Assembly: GCA_030704615.1 (NCBI GenBank)
Contig: CM060734.1
Span: 52,700,001-52,764,000 of the forward strand
From: Takakia lepidozioides
Lineage: Eukaryota > Plantae > Bryophyta
DNA: 64,000 nt
Reading direction: 5' to 3'
Shown here: piece after piece, positions 63,001-64,000 of the stretch
How positions within the stretch are numbered: the first letter of the stretch is position 1
How the letters are laid out: the number at the start of each line of letters is the position of its first letter
Notes under the pieces: model-generated
Told to the model about the DNA's origin: nothing
Database searches by the model: none
Seen by the model: only the letters and a program-made list of their open reading frames with translations
Translations under genes and position numbers: made by a program

Positions 63001-63973
63001 CTCTCTGCAAGTCCTAACTGATCTGTTATTATACACGCCAATGCGTAGGCATGATCAACCATTCATCAACTTGGGGAGGAACACATGCACTGAAGTGAAA
63101 CAAACTCCTAGGGTCACCTTGCATGCAACTGGTAAATACGACCTCTCTGTGTGTGCAGGCAAACATGCTCATCTTTATTCCCTCTGCAATCCCTATACCA
63201 CAATTACCACGAAACAAAAAACACAAAAACATTTTGGAAGGAGAGCGACATAAAAAGGTAAGGAGCTTCTTTGACAGGCACATTGAATTCTGACAGTCTC
63301 ATATGTCATTTAACAATTACGTGAGACAACTTGAACCTCGATTGCCAGAAAACACAGCCACCCGATATGAACGAGGAGATGGAGACGGGCATCCGATCAT
63401 ACGCACTTTATGAAGCAGATCCCCAGTCTGAATACCCACCTAAACAACAACTGGTCAGCCAGTGGATCCGTTGGTGATAGAGAGGAAACAGGGGCTGACG
63501 GTGCCTCCCAAAACTTGAAATCCAAGGGTTCTCCTCCCTGCGACAAAAATAAAGCTCAACTGTATTATAAAACCTACAAAGACATCGTGACAATAACACT
63601 GCCAACTCAAATTTCAAAGCAAGATTAACTAATCACAAATTTGGTCACAGAGAGAACATCCTATGTCATAATCTTCCACAGCACTGATGTGGTAGTCCAA
63701 TCAGATGTCTCCACATTGTCTGTGATTGCATTACAGAGTCCGTCAGTGACTTGGGTCTGCAAGCAACTTCCAACCAGCAAACCCTTCAAGAAAACACTAT
63801 ACAAGTACAATCTCTTGTCCCAAAAAGTTTGCATCAAGGTTAACACTGTCTCTGATGAACAGAAGCTAGCACCACGTCGACAAGAAAGAGACACAAAAAA
63901 GTCGAGATGCGCAACTACCTTCTCTAGAAACTCTAGCTCCCTTCTCCGCTCCTCTCGAACAGCAAGATCCCGC
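42070..63973 (-). CDS. EAF1: Chromatin modification-related protein EAF1 (NuA4 scaffold; HSA + SANT/Myb domains, Gln-rich C-terminus); multi-exon, 5' end beyond the window
   Basis: Exons: VREERRRELEFLEK (63973-63919); GGEPLDFKF (~63435-63538); large exon ~60184-61795; KTHWDFVLEEMAWLANDVMQ (~59280-59400); ERLWKVAAAAQ (~58282-58546); PLWEDQFTE (~57730-57920); ESLFYVIPAGSVETYR (~55778-55860); PWSSSEDQ (~51120-51145); AILALVHDLGPNWELVSDVL (~50184-50264); GIYRKPKECRERHK (~49323-49470); polyQ exons 42670-45710; last exon 42252-42070. Confidence 0.92.
46655..46950 (-). mobile_element. Two tandem 3' ends of LINE family A in an EAF1 intron
   Basis: Two copies of gaaatg..ggtgcttyataacgtccgyggaaagctcatagagc..atgggacaaaatggaagaaaacatgagagagg. 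Confidence 0.8.
52488..52878 (+). mobile_element. LINE family A 3' fragment with ORF2 C-terminus
   Basis: GSHNLWIETGRW..CPTC..ETGEHFFFYCPLYYEFR..DQKCLAAYL, then the conserved 3' UTR and (CATTT)n tail. Confidence 0.85.
53230..53645 (+). mobile_element. LINE family B 3' fragment with duplicated tail
   Basis: gaggctgagcccaaagcccagggccct..; ggccacaaggctayggcaa occurs twice. Confidence 0.75.
56160..56662 (-). mobile_element. LINE family B 3' fragment with ORF2 C-terminus
   Basis: GTRLKFKLRAGSL..CPLCGQPEDNFHFLIHCPGYSHQR..EAEPKAQALLG; tail tggccacaaggctacggcaaac. Confidence 0.85.
59525..59632 (+). mobile_element. LINE family A 3' end
   Basis: ttttcttccattttgtcccataagctctacgagctttccgcggacgttataaagcaccatttcatttcatttc. 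Confidence 0.8.
62060..62995 (+). mobile_element. Stacked LINE family B 3' fragments (three pieces)
   Basis: Tails at ~62105 and ~62619; CQMCRQPEDNIHFLRNCPGY..EAEPKAMALL repeated at 62270-62500 and 62690-62940. Confidence 0.8.
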
Positions 63974-64000
63974 CTGAATCACACAAGAGCAAGAGCTAGT

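Overview
Eukaryotic nuclear DNA from a non-seed land plant, most plausibly a moss (inferred from KP4 killer-toxin genes plus PLS-DYW PPR expansion). Host genes: (1) a 7-exon gene (6209-974, minus) encoding a transit peptide, three OSB-type ssDNA-binding 'PDF' motifs and a complete PLS-class PPR-E-DYW cytidine deaminase; (2) a subgroup IVc bHLH (ILR3-like); (3) an intact KP4 killer-toxin-like gene plus an inverted truncated copy; (4) an orphan single-exon ORF; (5) most of a large EAF1 (NuA4 scaffold) gene running off the right edge. Between them lie a ~7 kb same-strand mosaic of decayed PDF and PPR-DYW fragments with Helitron-like ends, a GCM-type zinc-finger/MULE-like transposase split by two LTR-like insertions with TSDs, a complete non-autonomous hAT element, L1 fragments and two non-L1 LINE families. 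The headline finding is the PDF-PPR-DYW fusion. The sequence retains traces of how it may have formed: a PPR-DYW cassette read through a GT->GC-degraded donor of a PDF gene, whose old C-terminal tail survives downstream. All exon models were read by eye and none is confirmed by transcripts or database searches.
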